Source: Planctomycetota bacterium
GTDB taxonomy: Bacteria > Planctomycetota > SZUA-567 > H5-PLA8
DNA length: 64,000 nt
Direction of reading: 5' to 3'
NCBI GenBank assembly: GCA_038227875.1
Contig: JBBRPR010000005.1
Location: 171,247 to 235,246, forward strand
Made by a program: the position numbers and the translations under genes. A model generated the notes under the pieces. The model ran no database searches. It saw only the letters and a program-made list of their open reading frames with translations, and was not told where the DNA came from. Of the stretch, positions 35,184 to 45,496 are shown in pieces; the first letter of the stretch is position 1; every line of letters begins with the position of its first letter.

Positions 35184-36446
35184 TCACTTCCCGCCTTCCA
35201 TCGCAGCCAGCACCGTCTTGGCCACAGTTTCATGCCCAAACGCGCCGAGGTGACAGCCTTCGCACGTCGTCGTGCCGGGCAGATTGGCGAAGAGTTTCTC
35301 GCGGCCGTCCTTGGGCACCGCATCGAACGCGGCGTAGACATCGGCCACGCCCGCGTTTTTCGCGGCGGCGGCTTTGCGGCAGGCTTCGGCGATGGGGCGC
35401 GTCAGTTCCCACGCCGTCGGTTCGGGCGGGTCGGCCTTGGCGATGGCCGGCGCGGTCGGCATGATCATCACGTCGGCTTTTCCTTTGGTGGCGCGGCGCA
35501 CGCGTTCGACGGCGTCCTTTTGGATCTCCAGAAACTTTTCCGGCGTGACGCCGCCGGCGCGATCGTTGCCACCGTAGAAGATCACCACCAGGTCCGGTTC
35601 CGGCGCCTGCTTGACCCAGCGCGGAATGATGATCAGCCCCTGCAGCAGCTCCGTGCCGCCGATGGCCGGGTTCACGATTTTTGTGTCGCTACCGTACTTC
35701 TCTTTGATCATCTTCGTCAACAGGCCGTGCCAGATGACCTCCTTGTTGGCCCAGTGTTCGGGCGCACTGAGCGAATCGCCCATGGTCACGATCGTGAGCG
35801 GCTTCTTCTCTTTCAACTTCTGCTGCACGCGCGCGAGCGGGTTGCCCTTTGGCGTGTAGTCGGTGGTGTCGAGCTCGATCTTCGCTTCCAGCCGCACGTC
35901 GTCGATGGTGTAGGAATGGCCCGCGTAATCTTTCCAGAACCACCATTTCCCGAAACCGACCAGCGCGAGTTTCGACGGCAGGTTGCCAGTCTTGGGATCC
36001 AGCGGCTTGATCTCGCCGCGCGAGAGCGACGGAATCATCTCGCGCCAGGGAATCACGACCTTTTTCCATTCGGTGCTGTCGATGGGAAATGTGACCGTGT
36101 AGCGCGTCGTGTAATCCCAATTGTAAACGAACTGAAAGCTGCCGAGATGATCGGAGCCGTCGCCTTTCAGCCAGAACGAAATCCCCGCCGCGTTATCCCA
36201 CTCGGGTGTGGCTTTGAATGTATTGATTGGCGTCGCGTTAACGTTGAGGCAGTTGTCTTCGAACGTGAACTTCAGCGCCTTGCCGACTTTGCCGTCGACG
36301 AGCTCCACCGCGCCCTTCACCTTCTTATCGCCGTCGGTCGGCGCGGTGAAGCTGACGGCATCCATGGCATCGATCAGCGCGCCTTCTTCGCAACAAGCGT
36401 GAACGGCGCAGAGCGCGAGGGCGGCGAGGGTCAGGCGGCGGAGCAT
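35184..36446 (-). CDS. Secreted SGNH/GDSL hydrolase with N-terminal carbohydrate-binding-like domain
   Basis: Signal peptide; 'ISFWLKGDGS' CBM11/CIA30-like motif; TMGDSLS, GGND, 'CHL...GH'. Confidence 0.85.
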   Translation of the reverse strand: MLRRLTLAALALCAVHACCEEGALIDAMDAVSFTAPTDGDKKVKGAVELVDGKVGKALKFTFEDNCLNVNATPINTFKATPEWDNAAGISFWLKGDGSDHLGSFQFVYNWDYTTRYTVTFPIDSTEWKKVVIPWREMIPSLSRGEIKPLDPKTGNLPSKLALVGFGKWWFWKDYAGHSYTIDDVRLEAKIELDTTDYTPKGNPLARVQQKLKEKKPLTIVTMGDSLSAPEHWANKEVIWHGLLTKMIKEKYGSDTKIVNPAIGGTELLQGLIIIPRWVKQAPEPDLVVIFYGGNDRAGGVTPEKFLEIQKDAVERVRRATKGKADVMIMPTAPAIAKADPPEPTAWELTRPIAEACRKAAAAKNAGVADVYAAFDAVPKDGREKLFANLPGTTTCEGCHLGAFGHETVAKTVLAAMEGGK

Positions 36447-36640
36447 GGCGGTCTCCTTGGGAGTCATCCAAAGCGCGGGAAATTGTGCTGAGTGATGTAC
36501 ACCAGAAAAGAGAGGTGAGCGGGTGCCTCACTTCAAATTACACCGAACAAATATGCAAGCCTTTTGGAGTTAAGTCATTGCAGTGACGAGTTTACTTTTC
36601 ATACGCCAATCAATCATACTTCAACGCTATGTTTGCGGTC

Positions 36641-37372
36641 TCAACTCGTCGGGTGAGTCGCGTCGCACCGTTGGACTGTGTTCTTCAGTCGTTCACGCAA
36701 TGCTTCGACTTCGGCATCTGACATTTTTACGAACAGGCCGCGGGCCACCTTTTCGTCCAAGCCCGAATTCATAATATCGACCAGAATGGATTCCACTGAT
36801 ACCGGCGTCACGACAAGGGGTTGCGCGGTTTTGAAAGCGCAGAGTCGCTGGCTATGCCGTTCGAAGAGTGTTTGAGGATCGGCGCCGGCCAGGGATTCTT
36901 GATATACATTTGGGGGGACATGAAACGATGGCGCCTTATTGGATGTAGAAAGCAATGAACCGTCGTGAAATTTCGAAAAACAAACCACATCCAATTCTGA
37001 AAAATGTTGATTTCGCGCGTAGAGGACGAGGACCACACATCTTCCATCGTGCCCAATCAATACCGAGAAACACTTCGTTACGTCGCTCAAATCCCCGTCG
37101 TTAGAGAAGTAGAATTGAAAGACCGCTCCAGCCGCGCGGCATTTCTCGAGAATCGGAGTTACTTCATTTCGGAGTGAATCATCCAGTTGAGTCTCTTCTA
37201 TTCGTTCAAGCTTGTCGAGTCGGGTGGTGGCTGTGTTTATTTTGAGCCGTACGCGAAGAATTTTTAAAAGTAGAGCGATTGAAAATTGAAAAAAACTATT
37301 TGGAAACATCCATCGCAGTTCCCGCACACTTAGTTTTACGTTGTCCATTTTATAATATGCAGGGCCGCTCAT
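36641..37372 (-). CDS. Hypothetical protein (AT-richer)
   Basis: Long open frame immediately downstream of the M55 gene. Confidence 0.6.
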   Translation of the reverse strand: MSGPAYYKMDNVKLSVRELRWMFPNSFFQFSIALLLKILRVRLKINTATTRLDKLERIEETQLDDSLRNEVTPILEKCRAAGAVFQFYFSNDGDLSDVTKCFSVLIGHDGRCVVLVLYARNQHFSELDVVCFSKFHDGSLLSTSNKAPSFHVPPNVYQESLAGADPQTLFERHSQRLCAFKTAQPLVVTPVSVESILVDIMNSGLDEKVARGLFVKMSDAEVEALRERLKNTVQRCDATHPTS

Positions 37373-37395
37373 GGCATTCTCCGCCGGCACTGCTT

Positions 37396-38217
37396 CTACA
37401 CGTACTTGATCACATCCATCATCCGCTTGGTCTTGTGCCGAATGGTATACGCATCGACACGCTCCGCGCCGTCGGCCGTCGCGGCGCCGTCAGCTTGGCT
37501 TTCCCACTTGTACGTCTTGTCGATCGTGAACGGCCCCTTCGGGCGGAACGGCTTGATCGTCGCGCATTTTTCCACGGCGCGGCGCGCGGCGGATTCGATC
37601 AGCGACTGCGCCTTCACCGGCGAAAGCGAGAGCGCACAATTCCGCGTCAGGCCCTTTTTCGTGGCGACGGTGAGCACATCCTTGCCGAGAAAATCCGTCG
37701 CTTCCGCGCATCCGGCTTCGTCGGACGTGACCAGAATTACCGGCACACCGAACTCGCCGGTGAAACCCGCATCGACGCCGATCTCGCCATACGGCCGTCC
37801 GTTGATCCGCAGCAAATGAACCGAAACCGACGAGTATGTGTGCGAAAGAATCCCACCCTGCACGCCGGCCATCGCGTGGTAGGCGAGGAAGATCATGCCG
37901 TCGAAACTTCTATCGAGCATGCAGAAGCGCCGCGGACGCGGAGCGCCGAGGATCACTTTGGCTTCCGGATGGAGCTGTTCGTAGAGCAGATTGTGGCCCA
38001 GACCGTGCGCGTCCTCAACGATCACCTCCCCCGCGCCTCCCGCCAGCGCGCCGCGCACGGCGGCGTTGACTTCAGCCGTGACAATGCGCTGCGCCTGCTG
38101 GAAGATCGGCGACGTCGCATCGAGCCCCGATTCCAGGCCGTCGCGCGGTTTCTGGACCGAACCGATCACACATGCCGCGCCTTCGAAGTCGACGGAGATA
38201 TAAATTTTTTTAGCCAC
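37396..38217 (-). CDS. M55 family D-aminopeptidase (DppA-like)
   Basis: YISVDFEG, DAHG, AYHAMAG, LSHT, YGE, TSD. Confidence 0.92.
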   Translation of the reverse strand: MAKKIYISVDFEGAACVIGSVQKPRDGLESGLDATSPIFQQAQRIVTAEVNAAVRGALAGGAGEVIVEDAHGLGHNLLYEQLHPEAKVILGAPRPRRFCMLDRSFDGMIFLAYHAMAGVQGGILSHTYSSVSVHLLRINGRPYGEIGVDAGFTGEFGVPVILVTSDEAGCAEATDFLGKDVLTVATKKGLTRNCALSLSPVKAQSLIESAARRAVEKCATIKPFRPKGPFTIDKTYKWESQADGAATADGAERVDAYTIRHKTKRMMDVIKYV

Positions 38218-38234
38218 GATGCCTCCGGGGGCTC

Positions 38235-38357
38235 AACGGATCATTTTTCATTTTCCATCGAACCGCCGGAATGGCAATGCGAGATACGAAAAGTCGCCTC
38301 GGCCGCTTGCGCAATGGAAATGGAAAATCAAAAATGGAATGTGGAAAATGATCCGTT
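38235..38357. repeat. Inverted pair of heptamer (TGGAAAA-like) repeats
   Basis: AACGGATCATTTTTCATTTTCCAT ... ATGGAAATGGAAAATCAAAAATGGAATGTGGAAAATGATCCGTT. Confidence 0.75.
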
Positions 38358-39630
38358 ACTCGTAGCGCAGCGCTTCGATCGGATCCAGCAGACCCGCTTT
38401 CCATGCCGGATACGTGCCGAAGGCGACGCCGTCGAGCAGCGAGACGCCCAGCGCGACAACCATGCTCCACCAGGCCAGTGCGACCTGCCAGCCGGTGTTG
38501 GCATGAACGGCGTAGGTGAAAATCACGCCGACCAGGCAACCGGCCAGGCCGCCGAGCAGGCAGATGCTCAAGGATTCGAAGAGGAACTGGCGGAGGATGT
38601 CGCCCTGCGTCGCGCCGACGGCGCGGCGGATACCAATCTCGCGGCGGCGTTCGGTGACATTGGCAAGCATGATGTTCATGATCCCGATGCCGCCGACGAC
38701 CAGTGAAATTCCGGCCGAGCAACCCATCACGTAATTGAAGATGCGCTGCGATTCCTCCTGCTGCGCGACCAGTTCCAGCGCGATCTTGACGTTGTAGTCG
38801 CGCTCTTCCGGCGGAATGTTTTCCATGCGGTGCGCGTACTCGTAGAAGCGCTGAATGTACGCGGCCGCGCCTTTCAGATCTTCCGGTGAACGCGCGGTGA
38901 AGACCACCTGCGTCACTTCATCCGACAACGGCGGCAGCGTCGTGCGCGCCAGCGCCGCGGCCAGCGGAATGTAGGCGCGGCGGTTGAGCGATGAGATGTC
39001 GTAGTCGACCTTGTCCTTCGCGTTCGACGCCAGCTCTTTACTTTGAAGTACGCCGACGATCTCGTACGGCTCCTGATCGATCACCAAGGTGGCGCCCAGC
39101 GGCGATTTCTGTGGAAAGTATTCGCGGCGCACGTCGTCTTCAATCACGCAGACGCGCCGCGCATCGGTTTCGTCGGCTGGCACGATCCAGCGCCCTTCGC
39201 GCAGCCGGAATTGCATCACGGGAAGATACGCCGGCGTGGTGCCGATCACTTCCATCGAGACTTGCGCTTCGTTGAGCCGCACGGCCGCGTCAATGCGGCG
39301 CAGCGGCGCGTAATTTCCGATCAGCGGACAGGATTCGGCGGCTTCCTTCGCTTCGCGCAGGGTCAAACCTTCAGAATGCAACCGCGCGCGCTTTTTCTGA
39401 TCGCGTTCCTTGTTGCCAGTGCGCCAGTCGATCCCGTTGACCATGATGTTGTTGGCGCCGAGCGCTGCCAACTGCTTGAGCACTTCCTTGTGCGCGCCTT
39501 CGCTGACCGCGATCACCGCGACCACCGACGCGACGCCAAAGATAATTCCGAGCATCGACAACGCCGCTCGAAACTTATGGACCGTAAGGCCCTTCATGCC
39601 GATCCGCGCGGCGTTGCTCCATTCGACCAT
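38356..39630 (-). CDS. MacB/FtsX-like ABC transporter permease
   Basis: 'LSMLGIIFGVASV', 'GGIGIMNIMLANVTERRREIGIRRAVGA', 'DPIEALRYE'. Confidence 0.93.
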   Translation of the reverse strand: MVEWSNAARIGMKGLTVHKFRAALSMLGIIFGVASVVAVIAVSEGAHKEVLKQLAALGANNIMVNGIDWRTGNKERDQKKRARLHSEGLTLREAKEAAESCPLIGNYAPLRRIDAAVRLNEAQVSMEVIGTTPAYLPVMQFRLREGRWIVPADETDARRVCVIEDDVRREYFPQKSPLGATLVIDQEPYEIVGVLQSKELASNAKDKVDYDISSLNRRAYIPLAAALARTTLPPLSDEVTQVVFTARSPEDLKGAAAYIQRFYEYAHRMENIPPEERDYNVKIALELVAQQEESQRIFNYVMGCSAGISLVVGGIGIMNIMLANVTERRREIGIRRAVGATQGDILRQFLFESLSICLLGGLAGCLVGVIFTYAVHANTGWQVALAWWSMVVALGVSLLDGVAFGTYPAWKAGLLDPIEALRYE

Positions 39631-39761
39631 GGTACTTTTGTACTCGCAGGCCCAGGCTTTAACAACAAAAGGGATGCTTCATTTAACCTGCACGGCCGCA
39701 TTTCAGTCACTTCACAAATTTCTTTCATGCTGTCTGGAAACGAGTGTGGTAAGAATCTTCC

Positions 39762-40415
39762 ATGCATCTGGTCTTCGAACAACTCCGCATCGGCGGGGAT
39801 CGGAATTTCGGGTACCTGCTCGGCGACCGGGAAGCGGGCGTCGCAGTCGCGATCGATCCGGCGTTTTCTCCCGCGATGGTCGTGCAACGCGCCACCGATC
39901 AGCATTTAAAGATCTCCCACATCATCAACACGCACGGACACGACGATCACATCAACGGCAACGTGGAAGCGGTGAAGCTCACCGGCGCGCAAGTCGCGGC
40001 GCATCCCGACAGCCCGGCGATGCCCGACATCCGGCTCGAAGACAATCAGGAACTGGAAGTCGGCGGGCTGCGCTTGAAGTTTCTCTACACGCCCGGCCAC
40101 TGCCCCGATCATATCGTTATCTACGAACAGACGCAGCGCATCCTGATCAGCGGCGATCTGCTCTTCGTCGGCAAGGTCGGCGGCACCGGCAACAACATCG
40201 ACGCGCGACTGGAATGGAACAGCCTGCAGCGCGTCTTGACGGAAGTTCCCGACGCAGCGACCGTCTGGCCGGGGCATGATTATGGCGTGCGCCCGGTCTC
40301 CACGGTGGCCATGGAGCGGACGTCGAATCCGTTCCTCCGCTGCGCGGACTTGGCGGAGTTCATCCGCTTTAAAGACGACTGGAAAATTTACAAACAGAGG
40401 TACGGCGTGAAATAA
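39762..40415 (+). CDS. Metallo-beta-lactamase fold hydrolase (glyoxalase II-like)
   Basis: THGHDDH, TPGH, SGD, WPGHDY. Confidence 0.92.
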   Translation: MHLVFEQLRIGGDRNFGYLLGDREAGVAVAIDPAFSPAMVVQRATDQHLKISHIINTHGHDDHINGNVEAVKLTGAQVAAHPDSPAMPDIRLEDNQELEVGGLRLKFLYTPGHCPDHIVIYEQTQRILISGDLLFVGKVGGTGNNIDARLEWNSLQRVLTEVPDAATVWPGHDYGVRPVSTVAMERTSNPFLRCADLAEFIRFKDDWKIYKQRYGVK

Positions 40416-40434
40416 CCCGCGGGGGCTTACCTAT

Positions 40435-42711
40435 ATGGACGTGCAGCTCGTCAGTTCGCGTATCGATTCCGTGACGGCGTACCGCAAGGGCGCGCGCATT
40501 GTCCGCGTGGGTGAAGTGAAGGCCGAAGGCGGCGCGTTTCCCACGCAGATTCGGTTGGTTAACCTGCCTCTGGCGCTGGACGACAGCACCTTAAAGGTGC
40601 GACTGACCGGCGTGAATTCCAGCGGTATTCCCATCGCCAGCGACCTGCGCGTATCGTTGGAAGCTCCGCCCGCCGATCCGGAACTGCCTCCCGCCGAAGA
40701 CCCGGCGCTCCGCGCGGCGCGCATCGAATGCCTGAAAATCGCCGACCGCGTCGAACAAAACCGCATCGAATTGGCGCGGCTGGATCGGATTTCGATTCCG
40801 CGCCGCCACGTCGACAGCGAGACCAAGTCGCTGCCGCCGGTGCCCACCGAATCGCGCCTGAAGTTGCTGGACCTGCGCAAGGAACGCCTGGAGGCGCTGC
40901 TGAAAGAGAAGGATTGGCTCCAGCTGATGCAGATGGACGCCGAGCGCAAGTTGCAGGACATCCAGTCGCGCCTCGCGCGCGAATCGTCGGCGCGGCAGAC
41001 GAAAGATCATGAGCTGCGCAAAACCGTGACGATCAGCCTGCGCTCCAGCGGCGCGGCCGGTGCCACGGCCGAATCTGCGCAACTCGCGCTCGAATACCTC
41101 GTGCCCGGCGCGCGTTGGGCTCCGGCGTACACGTTCCGCTTCGCCAAAGATTACAGCACCACGGAACTCTCGATGCGCGCGCTCGTCTGCCAGAAAACCG
41201 GCGAAGACTGGGCCGGCGCGAAGCTGGTGCTCTCCACCGCCAACGCGCAAGCGTGGACGGAGCTGCCCGAACTCAACAGCCTGCGCATCGGCCGGAAGCA
41301 AGACCACGCCCCGCGCCGCGGCTGGCGTCCGCCACCGACAGGCGTGGAAGAATTGTATGGCGACTACGACCGCTACGCGCGCGAACAATTGCGCGCGGCG
41401 AAGACGGCCATCCACATGACAGGTCCGGCGAGTGGCGGTGTTCCAGCCCCGATGCAAAAGAAAGAGGTCGTCAGCGAAACCGTAGGCGAGTTCGTTCTCG
41501 ACGATTCGGAAAAGATTCGCGGCCTCGACGCTCAAAGTCCGTATGCCGCAGCAGCACTTCCTGCGCCGCCGGTGCTTCAATCGTTAATGGCGTCCGACTT
41601 ATCCTTGGCTGCATCCGAAGGTAAAATTGAATCGTCGCGGCGAACAATTTCCGCCGGTTCGCCAGCTCCCATGTCGAAATCCCGAGCGCGCGCCGCTCCG
41701 GCTGCTGCGCCCCCTTCACCTCCGGGGAGCAGTCCGAAGGCGAGCGAAACGCGGCTCGATTTTGGCGGCGGTGGCGGGATGACCAACGACGATGAGGTCG
41801 GCGAACTTCGACCCAAAGACCAGCTGCTGAATTTCGGGCGTCTGCGCATGCCGGCCCCCGATGCCAGCGGACGCGGCAAGCTCGAGCTGATCCAGGAAGA
41901 CGCGCTCTACGCTGAGATTCTGGCGCAGGCGAAAGTCGAATTTACGCTCAACATCAAGGCGGCGGTCTTTCAATCGATCCAGCGGGCCCGCGCCGTCGAA
42001 CAGTTCTCGCCGCCGCACCGCTGCCGTTTTCCAGAGAGCGTCGACGGCTTCGATTACGCCTACGCCGCGCCCACGCCCACGCCCGTCGACATTCCCTCCG
42101 ACGGCGAGTTCCATTCGATTCCGCTGGTGAACGAAAACGCGGAGTCGCGATCATCGTTCACCTGCGTGCCGCGCGAGTCGCTCGACGTCTACCGCTTCGT
42201 CGAAATCACCAACCCGCTCAGCGCGCCCCTGCTGGACGGACCGGCCGACATCCACGTTGGCGGCGATTTCCTGATGACCTCGCCGCTCACCACCGTCCCG
42301 CCCAGCGGCCGAATCCGCCTCGGCCTGGGCGTCGAGCAGGCGATCAAGGTCGCGCGCAACACCACCTACGCCGAAGAGGCCGCCGGCCTGATCGGCGGTT
42401 CGCTCGACTTGAAGCACGAGATCAAGATCGACGTGATCAGCCACCTGCCTCAACCCGCGACCATCGAAATCCGCGAACGCATCCCGATTCTCAAAGAGGA
42501 AGAGGACCAGGCGAAGCTGACCGTCACCTCCGTGACGCCCGACTGGCAGGAGTTGAAGCCCGAACTGCTCGGCCCCGAGGAGCAGAATCTGAAAGGCGCG
42601 TACCGCTGGACGATCCAGGCCGCACCCGGAAAATCGCAGCAACTGCGCGCCACGTATGTCGTGCAGATCTCCGCGAAGAATGAAATCAGCGGCGGAAACC
42701 GGCGGGAGTGA
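40435..42711 (+). CDS. DUF4140/DUF4139 domain protein
   Basis: 'IDSVTAYRKGA.I.R', coiled coil, 'YLVPGARWAPAY', 'Q.TGEDW....L.LSTA', 'DIPSDG'. Confidence 0.85.
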   Translation: MDVQLVSSRIDSVTAYRKGARIVRVGEVKAEGGAFPTQIRLVNLPLALDDSTLKVRLTGVNSSGIPIASDLRVSLEAPPADPELPPAEDPALRAARIECLKIADRVEQNRIELARLDRISIPRRHVDSETKSLPPVPTESRLKLLDLRKERLEALLKEKDWLQLMQMDAERKLQDIQSRLARESSARQTKDHELRKTVTISLRSSGAAGATAESAQLALEYLVPGARWAPAYTFRFAKDYSTTELSMRALVCQKTGEDWAGAKLVLSTANAQAWTELPELNSLRIGRKQDHAPRRGWRPPPTGVEELYGDYDRYAREQLRAAKTAIHMTGPASGGVPAPMQKKEVVSETVGEFVLDDSEKIRGLDAQSPYAAAALPAPPVLQSLMASDLSLAASEGKIESSRRTISAGSPAPMSKSRARAAPAAAPPSPPGSSPKASETRLDFGGGGGMTNDDEVGELRPKDQLLNFGRLRMPAPDASGRGKLELIQEDALYAEILAQAKVEFTLNIKAAVFQSIQRARAVEQFSPPHRCRFPESVDGFDYAYAAPTPTPVDIPSDGEFHSIPLVNENAESRSSFTCVPRESLDVYRFVEITNPLSAPLLDGPADIHVGGDFLMTSPLTTVPPSGRIRLGLGVEQAIKVARNTTYAEEAAGLIGGSLDLKHEIKIDVISHLPQPATIEIRERIPILKEEEDQAKLTVTSVTPDWQELKPELLGPEEQNLKGAYRWTIQAAPGKSQQLRATYVVQISAKNEISGGNRRE

Positions 42712-42751
42712 GGGAATGTCGAGGACGAACGCGGAAGTAGGCGAGCGATAA

Positions 42752-42894
42752 TGGTGCCACGGATGCGCGGCCGCTTGAGCGTAGCGAAAGGCGCCGTTCA
42801 TCCGTGCGAGGCGCCTTGACGAGGGCAGAGCGCACCGCACGGATGAACAAAATTCCGTCGCTACGCTCAGGAATTTCGCGCATCCGTGGCACCA
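42752..42894. repeat. ~140-bp palindromic/cruciform intergenic element, copy 2
   Basis: TGGTGCCACGGATGCGCG...CGCGCATCCGTGGCACCA; homologous to 310-447. Confidence 0.88.
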
Positions 42895-42937
42895 GTCATC
42901 ACTCTTCTCATAGTTTGGAAAATTTGGAGTATCACCC

Positions 42938-44500
42938 ATGGCCACTCGCACCTTATTGAACGCACCGGTCGTCGAAGTCACCCTGCTCGAGGACCGCGCG
43001 CACGTCATCCGGCGCGGAGTGGTCACCGTGGCGGCGGGAGCTTCCAAGCTGATCGTCTCGGACGTCTCGCCGGTGCTCGCGGATCGGACGTTGAGCGCCG
43101 TGGTACTGCAACAGAGCGGTGCGCGCATCAATGATGTGCGCGTGCGGCGGCAACGCGTGGTGCTGCAGCAGGATCTGCCCACGGAGGTGCAGGTGCTGCG
43201 CATTGAATGCGAAGCGCTGGTCCGCGAGATTGCGCGGCTGGAAGACGGTCAGAAACTCCTGAAGGAACAGTTGCAGCTCACCGACGCGGCAGTGGTGCTG
43301 ACGCTGAGCGAATTTGGCGAGGACACGGCATGGAACAAGGCGCCCGAGGAACTCTGGCGCAATCACCTGCAGGCGTTTTCGGGCACCGAACGTGGACTGC
43401 GCGACAAGCTGCTGGAGAACCGGCAGGCTTTTGTTGACGCCACCGGCAAGCGCGACAATCTGCAGCGGCGCATTGCGGCACTGAACAATCCGCAGTTGCG
43501 CAATTCCGCGACGGTGGAAGCGGATCTTTACGCGGCAGCGGCCGGCGATGTGGAGGTCCAAGTCGAGTACACCGTCCCCGGCGCGTGCTGGCGGCCGCAG
43601 CACACGGCGCGCTTGATTCAGAACGTCGACCGCACGGAGAAGGTGCTCTTTCAGTGCAACGCCAGCGTCTGGCAGAATACCGGCGAAGACTGGCGCGACG
43701 CGTCGCTGAATTTCTCCACACAGCGCCCGTCGCTCGGCACCGAACCGCCGAAACTGCAGACGGAACTGCTCAATGTCCAGCGCCGCGCGGCTCAAGTCGT
43801 CGTGGAAGCGCGGGAGCAGGAAATCGTGCAGGCCGGACTCGGCGCAGGAAAGAAAACCTTCGCGCCGGAAGTTCCCGGCATCGACGACGGCGGCGAAGCC
43901 CTGAAGCTGCGCGCCTCGCACAAGGCCACGATTCCCTCCGACGGCCGCCCGTGGCGCGTGGAACTCTTCGCCTTCGAGGCACCGGCGCAGACGGAATGGG
44001 TGCTCTACCCGGAGCTCGTCGACGCCTCAATTCTGAAAAGCACGCAGACCAACACCGCGCGCTTTCCGGTCCTCGCCGGCCCGGTCGAGCTGATTCGCGG
44101 CAGCGGTTTCGTGGGGCGGACGTCGCTGCTCTACATCGCGCCCAACGAGAAGTTTGCCTTGAGCTGGGGGCCCGACAGCGAAGTCCGCGTCCACCGCGAA
44201 CACCGCGCGCTGGACGAAGACAAGTCGCTGCTGAGCGCCTGGATCACGCGCGAACACCGCGTCACGCTGCGCTTAAGCAACATCGGCGCGGATAACAAAT
44301 TGATCGCCGTAACCGAGCGCGTACCGGTCTCCGAGATCGAAAAAGTCCAGATCCAGTTCGACGCCAAAAACACCAGCGAACAAAAATCACCCGACGGCGA
44401 AGGCTTCATAAAATGGAGTGTCGCGCTCCCCGCCTTCGGCCACGCGACGCTGAACCTGCGCTACACGCTGCGCCGGCATAAGGATGTGGCAGGGGTGTAG
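42938..44500 (+). CDS. DUF4140/DUF4139 (MuiA-like) domain protein
   Basis: 'EVTLLEDRA.V.R', 'YTVPGACWRP', 'QNTGEDW', 'TIPSDG', 'ERVPVSE'. Confidence 0.87.
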   Translation: MATRTLLNAPVVEVTLLEDRAHVIRRGVVTVAAGASKLIVSDVSPVLADRTLSAVVLQQSGARINDVRVRRQRVVLQQDLPTEVQVLRIECEALVREIARLEDGQKLLKEQLQLTDAAVVLTLSEFGEDTAWNKAPEELWRNHLQAFSGTERGLRDKLLENRQAFVDATGKRDNLQRRIAALNNPQLRNSATVEADLYAAAAGDVEVQVEYTVPGACWRPQHTARLIQNVDRTEKVLFQCNASVWQNTGEDWRDASLNFSTQRPSLGTEPPKLQTELLNVQRRAAQVVVEAREQEIVQAGLGAGKKTFAPEVPGIDDGGEALKLRASHKATIPSDGRPWRVELFAFEAPAQTEWVLYPELVDASILKSTQTNTARFPVLAGPVELIRGSGFVGRTSLLYIAPNEKFALSWGPDSEVRVHREHRALDEDKSLLSAWITREHRVTLRLSNIGADNKLIAVTERVPVSEIEKVQIQFDAKNTSEQKSPDGEGFIKWSVALPAFGHATLNLRYTLRRHKDVAGV

Positions 44501-44642
44501 TGCCGATCGTCAGCCGGCGCGGTCACCTCGGGAAGCAATCTTTTCCGAGTAGTCAACACGTGCCCCATTTCGCCCTGCTTTCGAATTGTATATATGTTAT
44601 TGGGCGTTAGCTTTTAGAAACTATTTCATTGAGGAGCATCGT

Positions 44643-45496
44643 ATGTCTGAAACGCCTGACTCACCGGAATCGATTGAATCCTCTGATGCTCCCGCGCCTG
44701 AAACACCAGAGAAACCGTCCAGCGACTTGCAGTTCGACCGCGCTGAAGTTCCGGTCGCCAAGCGATGCCGGATGTGCAACCAGCCGATCGGCGAAACGTT
44801 CTTCAGAATTGAAGGCAAGACAATCTGCGCACCGTGCCAGGAGAAAGTGAACGCGCAATTGACGGGCGGCTCAGGAACAGAGCGGTTTTTAAAGGCCTCG
44901 CTTTACGGCACCCTGGCGGCGGTGCTGGGCGCGGGAGTTTACTACGCCATCCTGGCCGCAACGGGCTACGAGCTGGCGCTGATCTCCATTGGCATCGGCA
45001 TCATCGTAGGGATGGCCGTTAAAAAAGGATGCGGGGGACGGGGCGGCTGGGTCTATCAGACACTGGCAATTTTCCTGACGTATTCGGCGATCGCATCCGC
45101 GTATGTGCCGATCGTCTTTGGTGAATTCATGAAACACCGCGCCGATAAACCCGCCGCCCACACGGCGACGAAAGCAACAGAAGTGAAACCAGCGGCGTCC
45201 GATGCCGAATCAGAAACTGAAGCCGAAACGCCAGAGCCGGCAACGACGGCCCCGAAGCCTCATATGAATATTTTCCTGCGCTCATCTTGCTGGCCGGATT
45301 TCTGTTCGCGCTGCCGATCATCGCGGGGTTTCATAGCATCATCGGCTTGTTTATCATCGGCGTCGGGTTGTACGAGGCGTGGAAGATCAACAAGCGTGTC
45401 GTGTTGAAAATCACCGGACCCTTTCCAGCCAGTGCCGCACTCGCACCAGCCGGACCTGCCCCGCGAATCTTGAAACGGGCTCAGACGGGTGGATGA
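44643..45496 (+). pseudogene. Zinc-ribbon membrane protein with apparent frameshift near 45277 (or a sequencing error)
   Basis: CRMC...CAPC plus TMs; after 'MNIFL' the hydrophobic TM sequence continues in another frame (LILLAGFLFALP...YEAWKINKR). Confidence 0.7.
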
